DNA of 64,000 bases from Psilocybe cubensis (Eukaryota), in contig CM038998.1 of the NCBI GenBank assembly GCA_017499595.2, positions 992,001 through 1,056,000 on the forward strand, given 5' to 3'. Below, one piece after another: positions 1 through 11,379 of the stretch. Numbering within the stretch: the first letter of the stretch is position 1; the number at the start of each line of letters is the position of its first letter. Below the pieces are notes generated by a model. The model saw nothing but the letters and a program-made list of their open reading frames with translations, searched no databases and had not been told where the DNA came from. The position numbers were made by a program, and so were the translations under genes.

Positions 1-1200
1 CAACTCTGAGATTAACGCATCAGATTATCAGTATATTGAACGATACTGAGGATGACGACGCCAATTCAAGGACTTGTAGATCGCACACAAATCAATCCGA
101 TTCAAATGACGATGATTCTGATTCATGCTCTGACTCTGACTCCGATGATAGCTATAATTCTCTGGTCTCAGATAATGCAGACTATATTGACCACGATCCT
201 TTCCCTGCAAGTGTGTTCCCTATCATTCCATTTTTTACACTGTGCCGTGACATTTACTTTTATCGCACAGCGCCAAGAAAATGCCCCCCTAGCCCGCCGC
301 CTGAACGGAACTCATCGGGTACCTTCCAGACCGTGTCTCAAACCCCGCGCAAAAAGAGGATAGTTGAGTCGTTACCCACTCCCACGCGTACACCATGCAC
401 AAATAAGAAGCATATTACGTCCACGCCGTGTTCTGGGGATCCGTCGCCCAAACTTCAATCTAGAGGATACACCAGGACCCGGTGAGTGTATTTTGCCGCA
501 TTTTATCACAGATATTTGATATTTAATCCTGTGCAGTGTCCTTATGTCTGACACTGAATCGGACTGCGCCTCGGATGAGGATGAAGAGCCAGCACAATCC
601 GTTAAAGCAAACGTAGAAAGCGCTCAGATGTTTCAGCCCAAAACATGTATGAACGCAGTTTACCTGCCTCAAAGTATGTCGGCCATTTCACGATCTCCCG
701 CAGTTTCTCGGTTTTACATGATGAATATATCAGCACCGACCAAACGGGCGACGCAGAAAACATCAGCAACTCTGGCGACGCCTCAAACAGGTGAATATAC
801 ATTGCATCCGTACCTATTCTTTTCACCTATTCCACCGATCCAGATGTGGTAAGCGACCCGGAAGACGACACGCCCTTACCAGAATTGTATGAGAGATACG
901 CGTCTGGAAACGGCAGCGACGTTTGGACACCAAAATCCATCAAGCATACTAAAGGCGCATCCCAGAAGGCACTCCAGCCCACTCTTCCTCCGACCCCTGC
1001 ACCTACACCGGCGAGAAAGAAACGTAAAGCTCAGGAGGCAATCGAGTCGGACTCGGAATACGTTGACAGTGGGTTGAAAATTTACACTGACCTGTATCCT
1101 GTCTGATAGTTATTTTTTTTTTCAGGTATCTCGCCTCGAAGGTATGCACAGCGAATGGAATCGCTTCGAACTCGAAACTCTCAGCGTAGAAAAGAGTGAT
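1..1200 (+). CDS. 5'-truncated multi-exon hypothetical protein, Asp/Ser- and Pro/Thr-rich; likely paralog of the 23907-25268 gene
   Basis: ORF pieces 36..485, 544..852 and 846..1106 are separated by GT..AG introns (e.g. gtgagt at 482, gtgaat at 790). It has an acidic DSD tract followed by LPTPTRTP and PPTPAPTPARKKRKAQEAIESDSEY, resembling KKRKAEDSDSEY and PPTPAASP in 23907..24311. The frame of the last exon is uncertain. Confidence 0.55.
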
Positions 1201-1887
1201 GTTTTTGTCTAAAATTTTAATCTTCAATTTCTTGGTTCGCAAACCTTTATGTGCACTTACCAAAGGACCTGAGAGGATCTCCCATACCCTCATAGACTAT
1301 CCCTGGTTAGAGATGGTACTTTTGTGACCTTGACTCGCAAGAGAACTCCGGTAAGGCCGTCTATCTAACCGCCTCGATGATGTTCCTGGAAAAGGGAGGA
1401 GACCAACCGAGCTAGGTCATCGCCTGGCATGATCATCAACGCAAGTTTTCTAAATTTATTTCCCATGGCGATTTTCAACTGTCTGTTGCTTAGCCTGCCT
1501 GCCAAACAAATTGATTTAATTTTGTTTTTCTTGTATTCTCATCTGGCTCTAGTCGACGATATAACCTGCCTGTATTGCCTGCTTTCATGCCTCTGAGTAG
1601 AATACCATCGAATGCATTTCTGTACAATTCTTATATGCTTTCCAGTGAGTAGCTGTCGATCATTCAATATGGCGCTGACGTGGTACAGCTTCATCACTGG
1701 TCTGCTGTTGTTGCTATTTTTGATTATCTTCAATTTCAGGATCAAAAAAGGCCATCAGATCAAGCTTCAAGTAGACATATATTGAACTGATAATGCAGGT
1801 CACTTGTTGTTTCATCCTCTTCCAACTCTCAGCTGCTGAGCAGCTGCATCTTCATATTTTTATTGGCCGATGCAGCAAGACGCTACT

Positions 1888-3753
1888 ATGTCGAACACAG
1901 TAGAAGAACTCTTCGAATCTTTAACAGGGGCTCAGAACTCCGGCTACTTGACGATAGGGATGTTTGCTCTCACGGGTAAGCTCTTGATACCTTTCCCTCT
2001 ATTTTGAACTGGTGTATCCTGATTTGCTGACCCGCAGTCTATGAGTATCTTCTCACCTTTGAAGATGAGGTACAAGACCGCTACTTTTCAAGTTGAGCTA
2101 GGCTAAGAGGATGTTTGGATATCTAATGGTAGAAAACGCACTTCTGGAAGGGCCCGTGTTCATTTTCACAGATACTGTTTTTCGTAGTGGGTACCCAATC
2201 TTTGACCTTTGAGATTTACCTGATGAAAATTTACTTCTCGTGCAGAATCGTTACTTTTCTTTCTGTATAGTAAGGTGGATGCAAAAAAACTTTTGTCCCT
2301 CTTCGAAGCATATATGCTGATTTCGTAACTGGTATTACATCTGCAGCTTCGTAGCCATATGTAAGTTATTATTTTGAGGCTTTCGATCGGTTCGGGACTG
2401 GTCTGACTGTGTTCATTTAGTGCACATTGCAGAGAATCCTACCGAATCCGTATGTACAACAATTGTTCAGTATGTTATACATTGACAAATTTTAACAGCT
2501 GTAATTGTCTTCGAATCTCCCGACGACGAAAAGTATCTTACCAGCATGTTTGCACAGTTGCGTAAATGGAGCCGGTGCCGCTTTTTACATGAGTGCCGTC
2601 ATCATGGGTGTAATCCAAGGTGTGTTGCAATGCTAATGCGCTGCATGCGCACAACCGAAACTGACACTCTTTCATTCTACTTCAGCCATCCTTGTCATCC
2701 GTATCTGGTTTCTGTTCCCGGGACAAAAACGAACGCATTTTTTCCTCTTGTTCTTTTTCATAATGACCAACGTGTTCACAATAATTTTTGTCGTCGCTGT
2801 GGCGAATGATATGAAGCCTCTGAATGTACCCTCCAGAGGCACAATCCCAGGCTGCCTAATCTCGCAACCTTCTTACGCCTGGTCTGCCTTTTTGCCATCG
2901 TTGGTATTTCATGTACGTTCTGATTTTTAAGCATTTTCATTGTTGTGGACGGAATTGATCTTGACGCTTATGTGCATTATAGACTGGACTGTACCTGTCA
3001 ACTGTTCACGAAGCAATGCATGCAGAGTGGCAATATTCCAAGAGAAAAAATTTGCGCCGGAGGCTGCTAACTGAGTTGGTCATAGTTTCTCCATAAAGTA
3101 CTTGTTTTCTGATGACTCCATATTGCCTTGATAGTGGGGGCGCACTCTATTTTATTGTCGTTTGTAAGTTATTTTATACTTTCTTCTGACCGCTACCCCG
3201 GCCAACCCTCGCCCCCTCAATAGGCTCCGTTGGGTTTACAGCAATTGGGTCGTTCCTCACGAATATTCCCCTGGTAATTATTGTGCCATTCCTATTACAT
3301 TGCTTCCTTCGAATGACGCTGATACAACCTCAACCCAACGCATGTCAGATAAGCGTTCCATCCATATTCTCGCCGTACGTCACCCGTGGATCTTCTAATA
3401 ACCCAAACAATATATATCTAACAGAACTATTTTACTTTATCAGGCTCATAGTCACAACATGCTCTATCGCCACATCGCGTATCATGCTCGGACTTCGATC
3501 ATCTTTCGAGGAGGAGGAGGCACAGCTTCAGTGGGATATAAATCCCATCGTCATCGTCACCCCGGAATCTATAGTCGAGAAACCCCACTCGAGTGGTACC
3601 CCATCGACTAAAGCGGCGCACGTAGATAAGGGTTCAAATATGTTTGAACAGCGGGATGTGTACTCTGGGAAAAGCTTTTTTCTTCCCTTTGAAGAGGAAG
3701 TCGAAGGGAAAGTCGAATCTCGTGTTCGTTCAGTCCAATTGTCGTATGTATAA
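1888..3753 (+). CDS. DUF6533-type multi-pass membrane protein (Agaricomycete GPCR-like family)
   Basis: Spliced reading gives GYLTIGMFALT|VYEYLLTFEDE|KTHFWKGPCSFSQILFF...ILVIRIWFLF...SIATSRIMLGLR, the usual 'YEYLLTFxDE..W' N-terminal signature and 'SRIMLxLR' last helix. An alternative ATG lies at 1870; the 1888 ATG aligns with the paralog's start. Confidence 0.85.
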
Positions 3754-4555
3754 CCAAGTACGCAATTTACCAACTAAGCCTACTATTTTTGAGGGAGCTG
3801 CTACTTGAGTCACGGTTTTTGCACTTTATCCCAGAATTTTAGAAGGACCGAGGACTAATCCATTGCATTCAAAATCACCATCCTCCACATAATCTAAATC
3901 CTTTATTATTAAATTGATACAAAACCCACAAGGGATTAAAGCTACTAGTGTCAAAAGGATACTGACAAAGAGCCAAAACCATTAATTAACGTATCGTATT
4001 GTCGTACTTTGGAATGTATGCTATATGGATGAATGTGCGAATGAGGAATATGCGATATGAAGGGTGACAGGTATTCGTGTATGCGTGTGTGTGTATGAGT
4101 CTTGCAAAAAGAATGAGGTATATCCGCCAAAAAAATGCGAAACGATCGTCCGATGAACCATGAAAAAGATTATCTGGGAAGAAGGGAAGGGGGAAGGGAA
4201 TCTCAAAGAAGTATGGTATGCGTATGATGAAATGATCCAAAAACTAGAAAGAATCCAAAAAAGGTCCAAAAATAAGTGTTCAGTTCGAAAGCGAAGAAAA
4301 TGCCAAAATTGAAGATAAAAATGATGAATGAAAAGGAGAATGACGACGCGTCTGCGTCGCGTCAAAGTCACGTGCAACATTTGTTCTTCGAAGACTTGCC
4401 AAAACGGGGCTGATACGGTGTCGGAGAGTGCAGGCCGTAGAAGTCAGCTCTGTCCTGCTCTACCACTATGCCCGAGCCACTTGCAAAACAAAACAGGATG
4501 CCAAAAACCACAAGTCACGAAACGCGAATGAAAATGCACAAGACGAACCCAAACT

Positions 4556-6768
4556 TCAAAGCCTGGCCATGACCCCAAGCAAACCAACGAGCGCGCCCAA
4601 GGCGCTGATGAAGAGCGCAGGCCATGCTCCGGCAGCTAGCAATGCTGACGGCGTCCCAGCGCTGAATGGTGTATAGGATGGCAACGAATCTGGCTGGTTG
4701 AACGCGTCGCCCGTTCCTCCGCCTGTCAAGTTGGCACCATTTGGCTGCAAAGAAGAAGAAAACATCAATGTCTTAGTCACAACACGATCTTGTGATCGAC
4801 CGTCGAATGCAAGACTCACTCCGATGGGACGCGACAGGTCTGTGAACGTGCAAGTACTGGCCGTGCACAGACACTTTCCAGCAATGGGATCCCAGAAAGG
4901 CGTTGAACAGTTGGCAGGGACTAGAAAGTAAGAGCGAGAGCGAATAGGTAAGTAATCATCAATGTATGCATTCCATCTGACTTACGTCTGTGGCGTTCAG
5001 GCTGTCCTTGGGAGGTGTCCTGGGGTGGGTTAGGCTGGTCAGGAGTGGGATGCTCGGTTGGGCAGCCATACTAGTTCGGAGGTGAGACAAATCCATCATT
5101 GGCCAACTACAACAGACAGACTCACGCAGGTGTAGAAAGGGAAATCCGAGAACGCACAATGCGAAAGAAGGCCATTTTCATTCTTAGGAATACCGTTGCA
5201 AATCTGGGCGCTCGAGTCCACTTGTGGTGTCGTGCACTTCAAAGGGGCGAAGTTGCTGAGCTGGGATACAGGAACTGGGTTTCGTACCCATTCCAAGAGT
5301 TGAAGGTTGGAAACGATCCAGACTTGTGTATGGTGAGTTTACCGTACATTAAATCTACATAAACGTGAGCTTACCGTTCTGCTGCTGTTGTGCCCAGTCC
5401 AAGAAGGCGTTAATCATGTTAATCGTCGACATTGGCGCATTGACGCCGGGATATGTCCTCTGAACCAAAATTAGGTGCGAAACATGGAACGCTGGGAATG
5501 GAACCCACTGATAAATGAATAGGATGGGTGTACAATCCAATTGGTTGACGCTTTCCGTTGTAATGGTCGGTGAACGTTTTCTTCATGTATTCCAGAGTCG
5601 CGGTGTCATTGACTGTGCTAGCTCCGTTTGCAGCATCCCTAAAATCTCTTTAGAATGTAGAAATTTCCAACCGAAATATCTGGACTTACAGCCAAGGATC
5701 CATCAAGTGGGGACCGACTACTCCTCGCTCATCAAAGAACGCATACATTGGTATTTCCCAGAAGCCTGGTAATTTCGGTTCACCACGACATGTTCCAGGG
5801 ACGGATAGGCAATTGTTCGCCATGCCGTTATCTAGCGTGTAGGGCCAATACGCGTCGGTGTTAGGATCCGTGACGGGAATAGACGCTGCTGCACTGGAAT
5901 CATAGGTAAATGCGGACTGGGCTAGGAGCTTCAGAGTGTCCACGGAGTAATTGAGGAATGGTGCGCGGAAGCCTTTGATGTCGGATAATGGAATACCAGC
6001 AAGAGCATTTAGAGCGATGAGGTTTCCGTTTATTTCCTGCGCCGATGGTGTGCCGACATGGGTCATGCTATTGGGCGGGGCCGAGTTGATGATGTGTGAG
6101 TGAATTTTAACAACGAACTGATAACTGTCAATTGACGACATACGTGTGATCAGCAATTTCGTTGCCCGCGACATACCAATCTGTACAAAAATAAAAATAA
6201 AAAGAGGCTCGGTCTCATTTCCCCTACAGCGCGAATGCTACGTGGATGGACTCACCAGTGACCAAAGTGTAGTTGGTGTAACTGAGCGAGGTGAAATAGG
6301 TCATTTTGATTGGGCAGCCGTTGGGATTTACGCGTTGGCCTATGAATTGGTTGACCGAGTCGAGGGTGTAGGACTGGACTGCATCATCGGCAGTGAAGAC
6401 GATGAACTGTGGGACGTCCGACTAGAAGGAGGCGGGAGAAGCAATAGTCAGCCACCAGCACCTATCGCTGTCATCCGCACATTCCATGTTACAAGCCTTC
6501 CGCGGAGCATAGATGCTTTGCGTGCAACATGAGGGAAAGATGAAGCGACATAATTCCGCCGCAAAACGCTTTAACTGCACTGCGTACTCACCGGTTTGAG
6601 TCCACCTGGCGGGTCGGTGCTCGCGCAGTTGCAGTCGGGCAGCTTGCACTTTGTCGGATCGCATGAATAGCCTGCTGCTGAGGGACTCGTCGTGGGGCCA
6701 GAGATTGCACCGTCTTGGGCGATAACGCACAAGGGCAGCAGGGAGAGCAATAACGCATATGGAAGCAT
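4556..6768 (-). CDS. Secreted, probably GPI-anchored polysaccharide (chitin) deacetylase-like protein, carbohydrate esterase family 4
   Basis: Signal peptide MLPYALLLSLLPLCVIA, CDPTKCKLPDCNCAST, VPQFIVFTADDA, GFRAPFLNY, YDSS, YWPYTLDNG, PGFWEIPM and a hydrophobic C-terminus (ALFISALGALVGLLGVMARL*). About 9 exons. Confidence 0.88.
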
Positions 6769-8753
6769 GGCGGGCTTTTTTTACTAGGAGTTGGTGGTAA
6801 TGTAGACGAGATATGTGAGAAGCAGATACGCTGCTCGCCGTGTAGGGTGGAGGCCGGGAACGACCTTTGGCGAGGGCGATGTTTTGGGGGAGGGGGAAAA
6901 GAAGGGCTGGAGTTAAAAAGAGCGGAAAGGCAATAAAAGAAGGAATACACAAAGCTCACAAGTTTGTGAAACTTGACAAGTGTTCTTTCTCACCCGAGTT
7001 TGGGAGCCATGCTGTCCTGCCCGCGCTTAGTCAACCACCGCGTTACTTTTCCCTCTTCTCTTGCTTTGCTCTTCTGCTAGCCACCCGACTCAATGGATCC
7101 TATTTAATCGATCACATGTATTCTACTGCACATGCACCCACTCTCCTCCCATATATTCTATCCAAACATACGGAAGATGTTCTCCGCTTTTTGTTTTGTG
7201 TTCTCTAAAAAGTGGCTCTCGACCTGCCCGTCTATTTATAAGACCCACAAAAAATCTATTTATGGTTCATCCGCATACGTAACGCTCCGCTACGGCAACT
7301 TGTATGCGTACCCACAATTCGCCGACTAATAGACGTCGATGCGCTAATGTTCCTCTCGTCAAGCTCATACCTTTCAGCACTCCTTTGCTGTACCATGCCA
7401 TAGAGGGTGGACGGTGGAGGTGGATACGTGGCAGAGTTATCTATATTACCAAACAACCGGGCGTGGAGACTGAGTTGATAACTCTAGACTGGCCTTCGTT
7501 TTAGGAGCGGCCGAGCGGACTGGAACGGTAACTATTACCGATTATATGCGCGTAATCAGTCATGCATACTCCTACTCTACCCAGATGTAGTTTCCAGTAT
7601 AGACTGCAGAACCTCACTTCAACGTCAAATATACCCTCTAAATACTTCGCATGCCAACTGGCTTCAAAATCGGGTGTAAAGCGCACCCAGACGCTCAGCA
7701 GGCTGCTGTAGAACGCGGTTTATGAGCTGTAGGTGCCGTCAGCTGTCGGTTCGTTGTCTTGCCATCGCTAAATACTCGATGCCGTCGCTCAAAATTTAGT
7801 GTGCCACGCATCCATGCTTCCTTTCACTCTCCTAACTTTTCTCCTAAGCAGGTCGCTAATGCCATGCACACTAGAAGCACCAAAAATATTACCAGAACAA
7901 TATAGAAAATTAGGCGCATATATGTCGATTTCAAGTGATATTGATTGTTATATCGGACGTTTTGGCCCCATATTGAATACAGAGGTGGTGTGAGGTCGCA
8001 GGTTTGAACGGCCTTCCATGATCCGTAATTCCCATAGCCTATGGTCGACGTAAAAGGAATATGTAAGGCTCCATGATGAGCTTTACATTCCTTTGAAACA
8101 GATAGAACGCACGTCTGTTTATGCTGGCAGCAGCAGCGGGATCCACCAAATGGAAGCAGCCACAAGTCTCCACAGTCCATTCCGTGACAGTCGCTTTCGA
8201 GAGTCCAGAAGGTGCAGCTGGCCACCGTTCACTAATACTACCTATCTACTTATCTATCCACCAAGGTTCAAGCTCACGATAACCCACAGCAAACGCCAAA
8301 AGTCATCTGCTTCCAAGCTCAATTGACTTGACTCTGCGCTATGGCCCAAGCTCACCGCGACGCGGCGAAGGCAAAAAAAGAAACGCTCGGCAGACTCGGA
8401 GCAGCTGACCCGCGGCGGAAGCCAAGCCGTCGTGTCCATCAAACCCTTGGTTCATACGCCCAATTTGGCTACTCATTAGCTGTTTTTGGGCCGTCGCTCC
8501 ACTTCACAGGGTTATCTCTCCACAATGCGAGAATGCGAAGGAAATGGACCTAATTTCTGGCCAGCGGAAGTTGGTTCGATACAAGAGGTAGAAAAAATAG
8601 CGGTTTGTTATCTTGCTCCTTGATGCTCGAGATATTAACTTTGAGCTTACAGACAGCTACGGAAGACACGGTGGCGGTTGATTATTAGAGAAGTGAGTTT
8701 CGAAATGCACTTCGATTTGGTATATCCCTTCAAAAGCATCAATGTAGCTGAAA

Positions 8754-9030
8754 GCCGAACAAAACCAATTTCACGTACATGTATGAAGCATAGTGCGTCA
8801 GTCTACCACATTCCGTGACATATTATTATTCTGCGCGCATTCTGAGGTTCGACTATCTGTCTATGGATGACTACTTTCTTTTTTTGACGGATGGCGCTGC
8901 TGACTGGATACACGTCCTTGAAATAATGGAAGACAACGAGACGTAAGTTGACGGTATTACTCTGCTGGTTGTGGTTACCTTTCTCGACTTATCGATGTTC
9001 AGGTCCTACCAAACTTCTATCCGGCTTCTA
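8754..9030 (+). pseudogene. Degenerate inverted partial copy of the neighbouring BTB gene
   Basis: AEQNQFHVHV*SIVRQSTTFRDILL..SVYG* then a frameshift in a poly-T run to LTDGAADWIHVLEIMEDNET|gtaagt..ag|SYQTS. Compare the intact AEDTQFRVHRGVMARHSVVFRDMLL..SVDGC..LADDAAHDWIHVLGIIYDNE|gtaagt..ag|FYQTS. Confidence 0.8.
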
Positions 9031-9286
9031 AATCCGAGGACTAGAAACCTTCAGAAAGTCCTTTGTTACAGGTATAAGCAATCTGACGTTCTGGTATTGG
9101 TTATCTTTTTGATATTTCTTATTCTTTTAAAATTCATGTCAAATATGACAACAAAAAATAAGCTGTAGATTGCTGGTATATACAAAGCCTGGTAAGATTT
9201 TATGGTTTTCCGAATGATGGCATGGTTTTTTCAGATAGGATCAAGATTGTGGGTATATGGGGTTCTTCGGGTGAGCGTGAGTGGGC

Positions 9287-10430
9287 CTACGAAGGCTGGT
9301 TGGAAGTATGACACGGCGTATCGCTCAGCTCCGTCCAAGAAGGTAAACCAAACAACTCGGGAAGGGAATCCCAAAATAGGCGACGCTTGGATTCCAAAAG
9401 GCTACACATACGGTCTTTGCATGGGACACAAAGCGCCGCTGTTATCTCTGACCTTTTGAGAAAAAGGTCCGAGGGACGAGGCAAGAAAATCGAGATGAGG
9501 TTGTTGCGAGAATGCCTAAGGAACAAACGTGCCTGCAGGTCAATACACGACGCACAAACATTTTGTAGTGGTAGCGCCCTAAAAGCGTTGATCATGTATC
9601 GTTCAACGGCATTTGCCATTTTCATTTTTCCTTTCAGTATTTGTTTTGCTGATGCGTGTGATAGGCGGGCAGTGGTGCCGTCATTACGCTGAATGCCATC
9701 CATGATTTCATCCTCGAGAAGTGATATCAGCGAAAACTGAGAAAGGGAAAAGAAGAGGTTTACTCACCAAGTTATATTCAATAGCGCAATAATAGTATAC
9801 AGTGGGCAAAAGCGTTTGAATACGAAAGTCCTCAAGCAGATTAAGGAGGTCAAAATCCTCGGTGTATTCCTCCCTCCAAGTATCCCCCATAGATGCATCC
9901 CAGCCTTCAAGAGTGGTTGGAATGTCTTTTTTGAGTCGCGCCAAAGCAGAGGTATATAATGTGTCGAATTGATATTTCCGCCCCAGTCGAAGCATAGCCC
10001 CAATTAGAGGTATGCTAAGGATCTCAGAGGTTTGGTAGAATCTAAACAACAACCAGTCAAAAAAAAAACCAACAAAAAAAAACAGAACAGCATTGTCTAC
10101 TTACATTTCGTTATCATAAATAATCCCGAGAACATGTATCCAATCGTGCGCAGCGTCGTCTGCCAAAGAAACCACCGGGCATCCGTCAACAGATCCTGTC
10201 TCAGGATGTGCGATCAGCAGCATGTCACGGAAGACAACAGAGTGCCGTGCCATAACACCCCGATGGACGCGAAATTGGGTGTCCTCGGCTTGAAGCGCGA
10301 TATTTCCATCCTCGAACCAAAAGCGCGTGTTTTTCGAGATTTCCGGTGTGGATGCATTGCTAGACGAGTCATGCTCTGTACGTCTTCGCTTCAGTGGGTT
10401 AACAGGAAAGGTTGAATCAACGTTCGACAT
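9287..10430 (-). CDS. BTB/POZ-domain protein (Agaricomycete expanded family)
   Basis: Three exons: FWFEDGNIALQAEDTQFRVHRGVMARHSVVFRDM..VDGCPVV, then AMLRLGRKYQF, then C-x2-C and FWDSLPELFGLPSW, the typical C-terminus of this family. Confidence 0.88.
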
Positions 10431-10599
10431 TAAACAATTCAGGGGGTTTTGCGAAAACGACTTCAAGTTCAAGTTGGTGGCTTTAAAGCAGGTCAAATAT
10501 AGCTTGTGACGCCACAAAGACAGCGAAGTCACGATGCTGTGACGGGGTGTGAAAAGTCACGAGCCCCATGGCCACTCTCGGCACCTCTCAGCCCACAGT

Positions 10600-11371
10600 G
10601 GACCGATGTAGCTTCAGTATAACTTCCAAGCCTAGTCCTCATAGATCTCCTCAACTTGAAGCTGGCTCTATCCCAAATCCCGGTCAAATCTCTACCACTT
10701 GGCACACTTCTCCATATTCCAGCCAAGTCATGTACATGTATTTATTTCTGCCAACAGTGATTTAGTATTAGTAGTATTGTTGCATTGTCGCAGTTACAAC
10801 TCGGACGCACAGGGCACATACATAGTATACCTAAAAAAGGAAGTCAAATGGACAAATAAGGAAATACTTATGAGGTGCTGGGGCCCTGGCAGCCTGGCTC
10901 CAGCATACCACAGCTTGTTGATTTCCCTCAACATTCGGGTTGAGCATTTCTTCACAAGGGTATGTGATGCAAACACGAGCCACTCCCTGCCCCTGTCAAT
11001 ATACAGACATGGACCGACGTAGCTTTACTGTATCAAACTTCCAAACCTAAGTACTTCTCATAGACCTCCTCAAGGCTTTATTCCCGAGTCCCGGTCAAAT
11101 CTCCAACACATGGAAATATTCCAACCTAGGAAGAACTAACAACATTCTTCTCCAATGTTCTGTCGTGTACATGATTTTATTTCTACCAGTGATTGACTAC
11201 ATTATCGTAGTATTTGTTATATTCACGGACACGCAGGCACATTGTATACCTAAAAAAGGAAGTCAAATAACCAAATAAGGGAATACATACAATGTGCTGG
11301 GTCCCTGCCTCCCTGGCCCCAATCGTCAACGTACCATCAGCGACTAATTTGCCGATTTCCTCCAACATTCG
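10600..11371. repeat. Diverged tandem duplication, units about 10600-10937 and 11011-11371
   Basis: Shared blocks ggaccgaYgtagctt, cccggtcaaatctc, gtatacctaaaaaaggaagtcaaat and caacattcg occur in the same order in both units. Confidence 0.85.
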
Positions 11372-11379
11372 TGCTTTGC

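Noticed and set aside
1126-1189. CTANG versus CTHDG similarity between the ends of the two unknown-family genes
   Set aside because: Splice phases do not clearly place either peptide in frame, so it was not used as evidence.
7256-7770. Protein-like minus-strand fragments (RFTPDFEASWHAKYLEGIFDVE; YPPPPSTLYGMV)
   Set aside because: There is an in-frame stop and no recognisable family or coherent gene model; possibly a relic, but it cannot be supported.
8020-8060. FTSTIGYGNY, resembling a potassium-channel pore motif (minus strand)
   Set aside because: There are no flanking transmembrane helices or supporting exons, so it is probably chance.
9202-9692. + strand ORFs 9202..9459 and 9387..9692
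   Set aside because: They are antisense to the last BTB exon.
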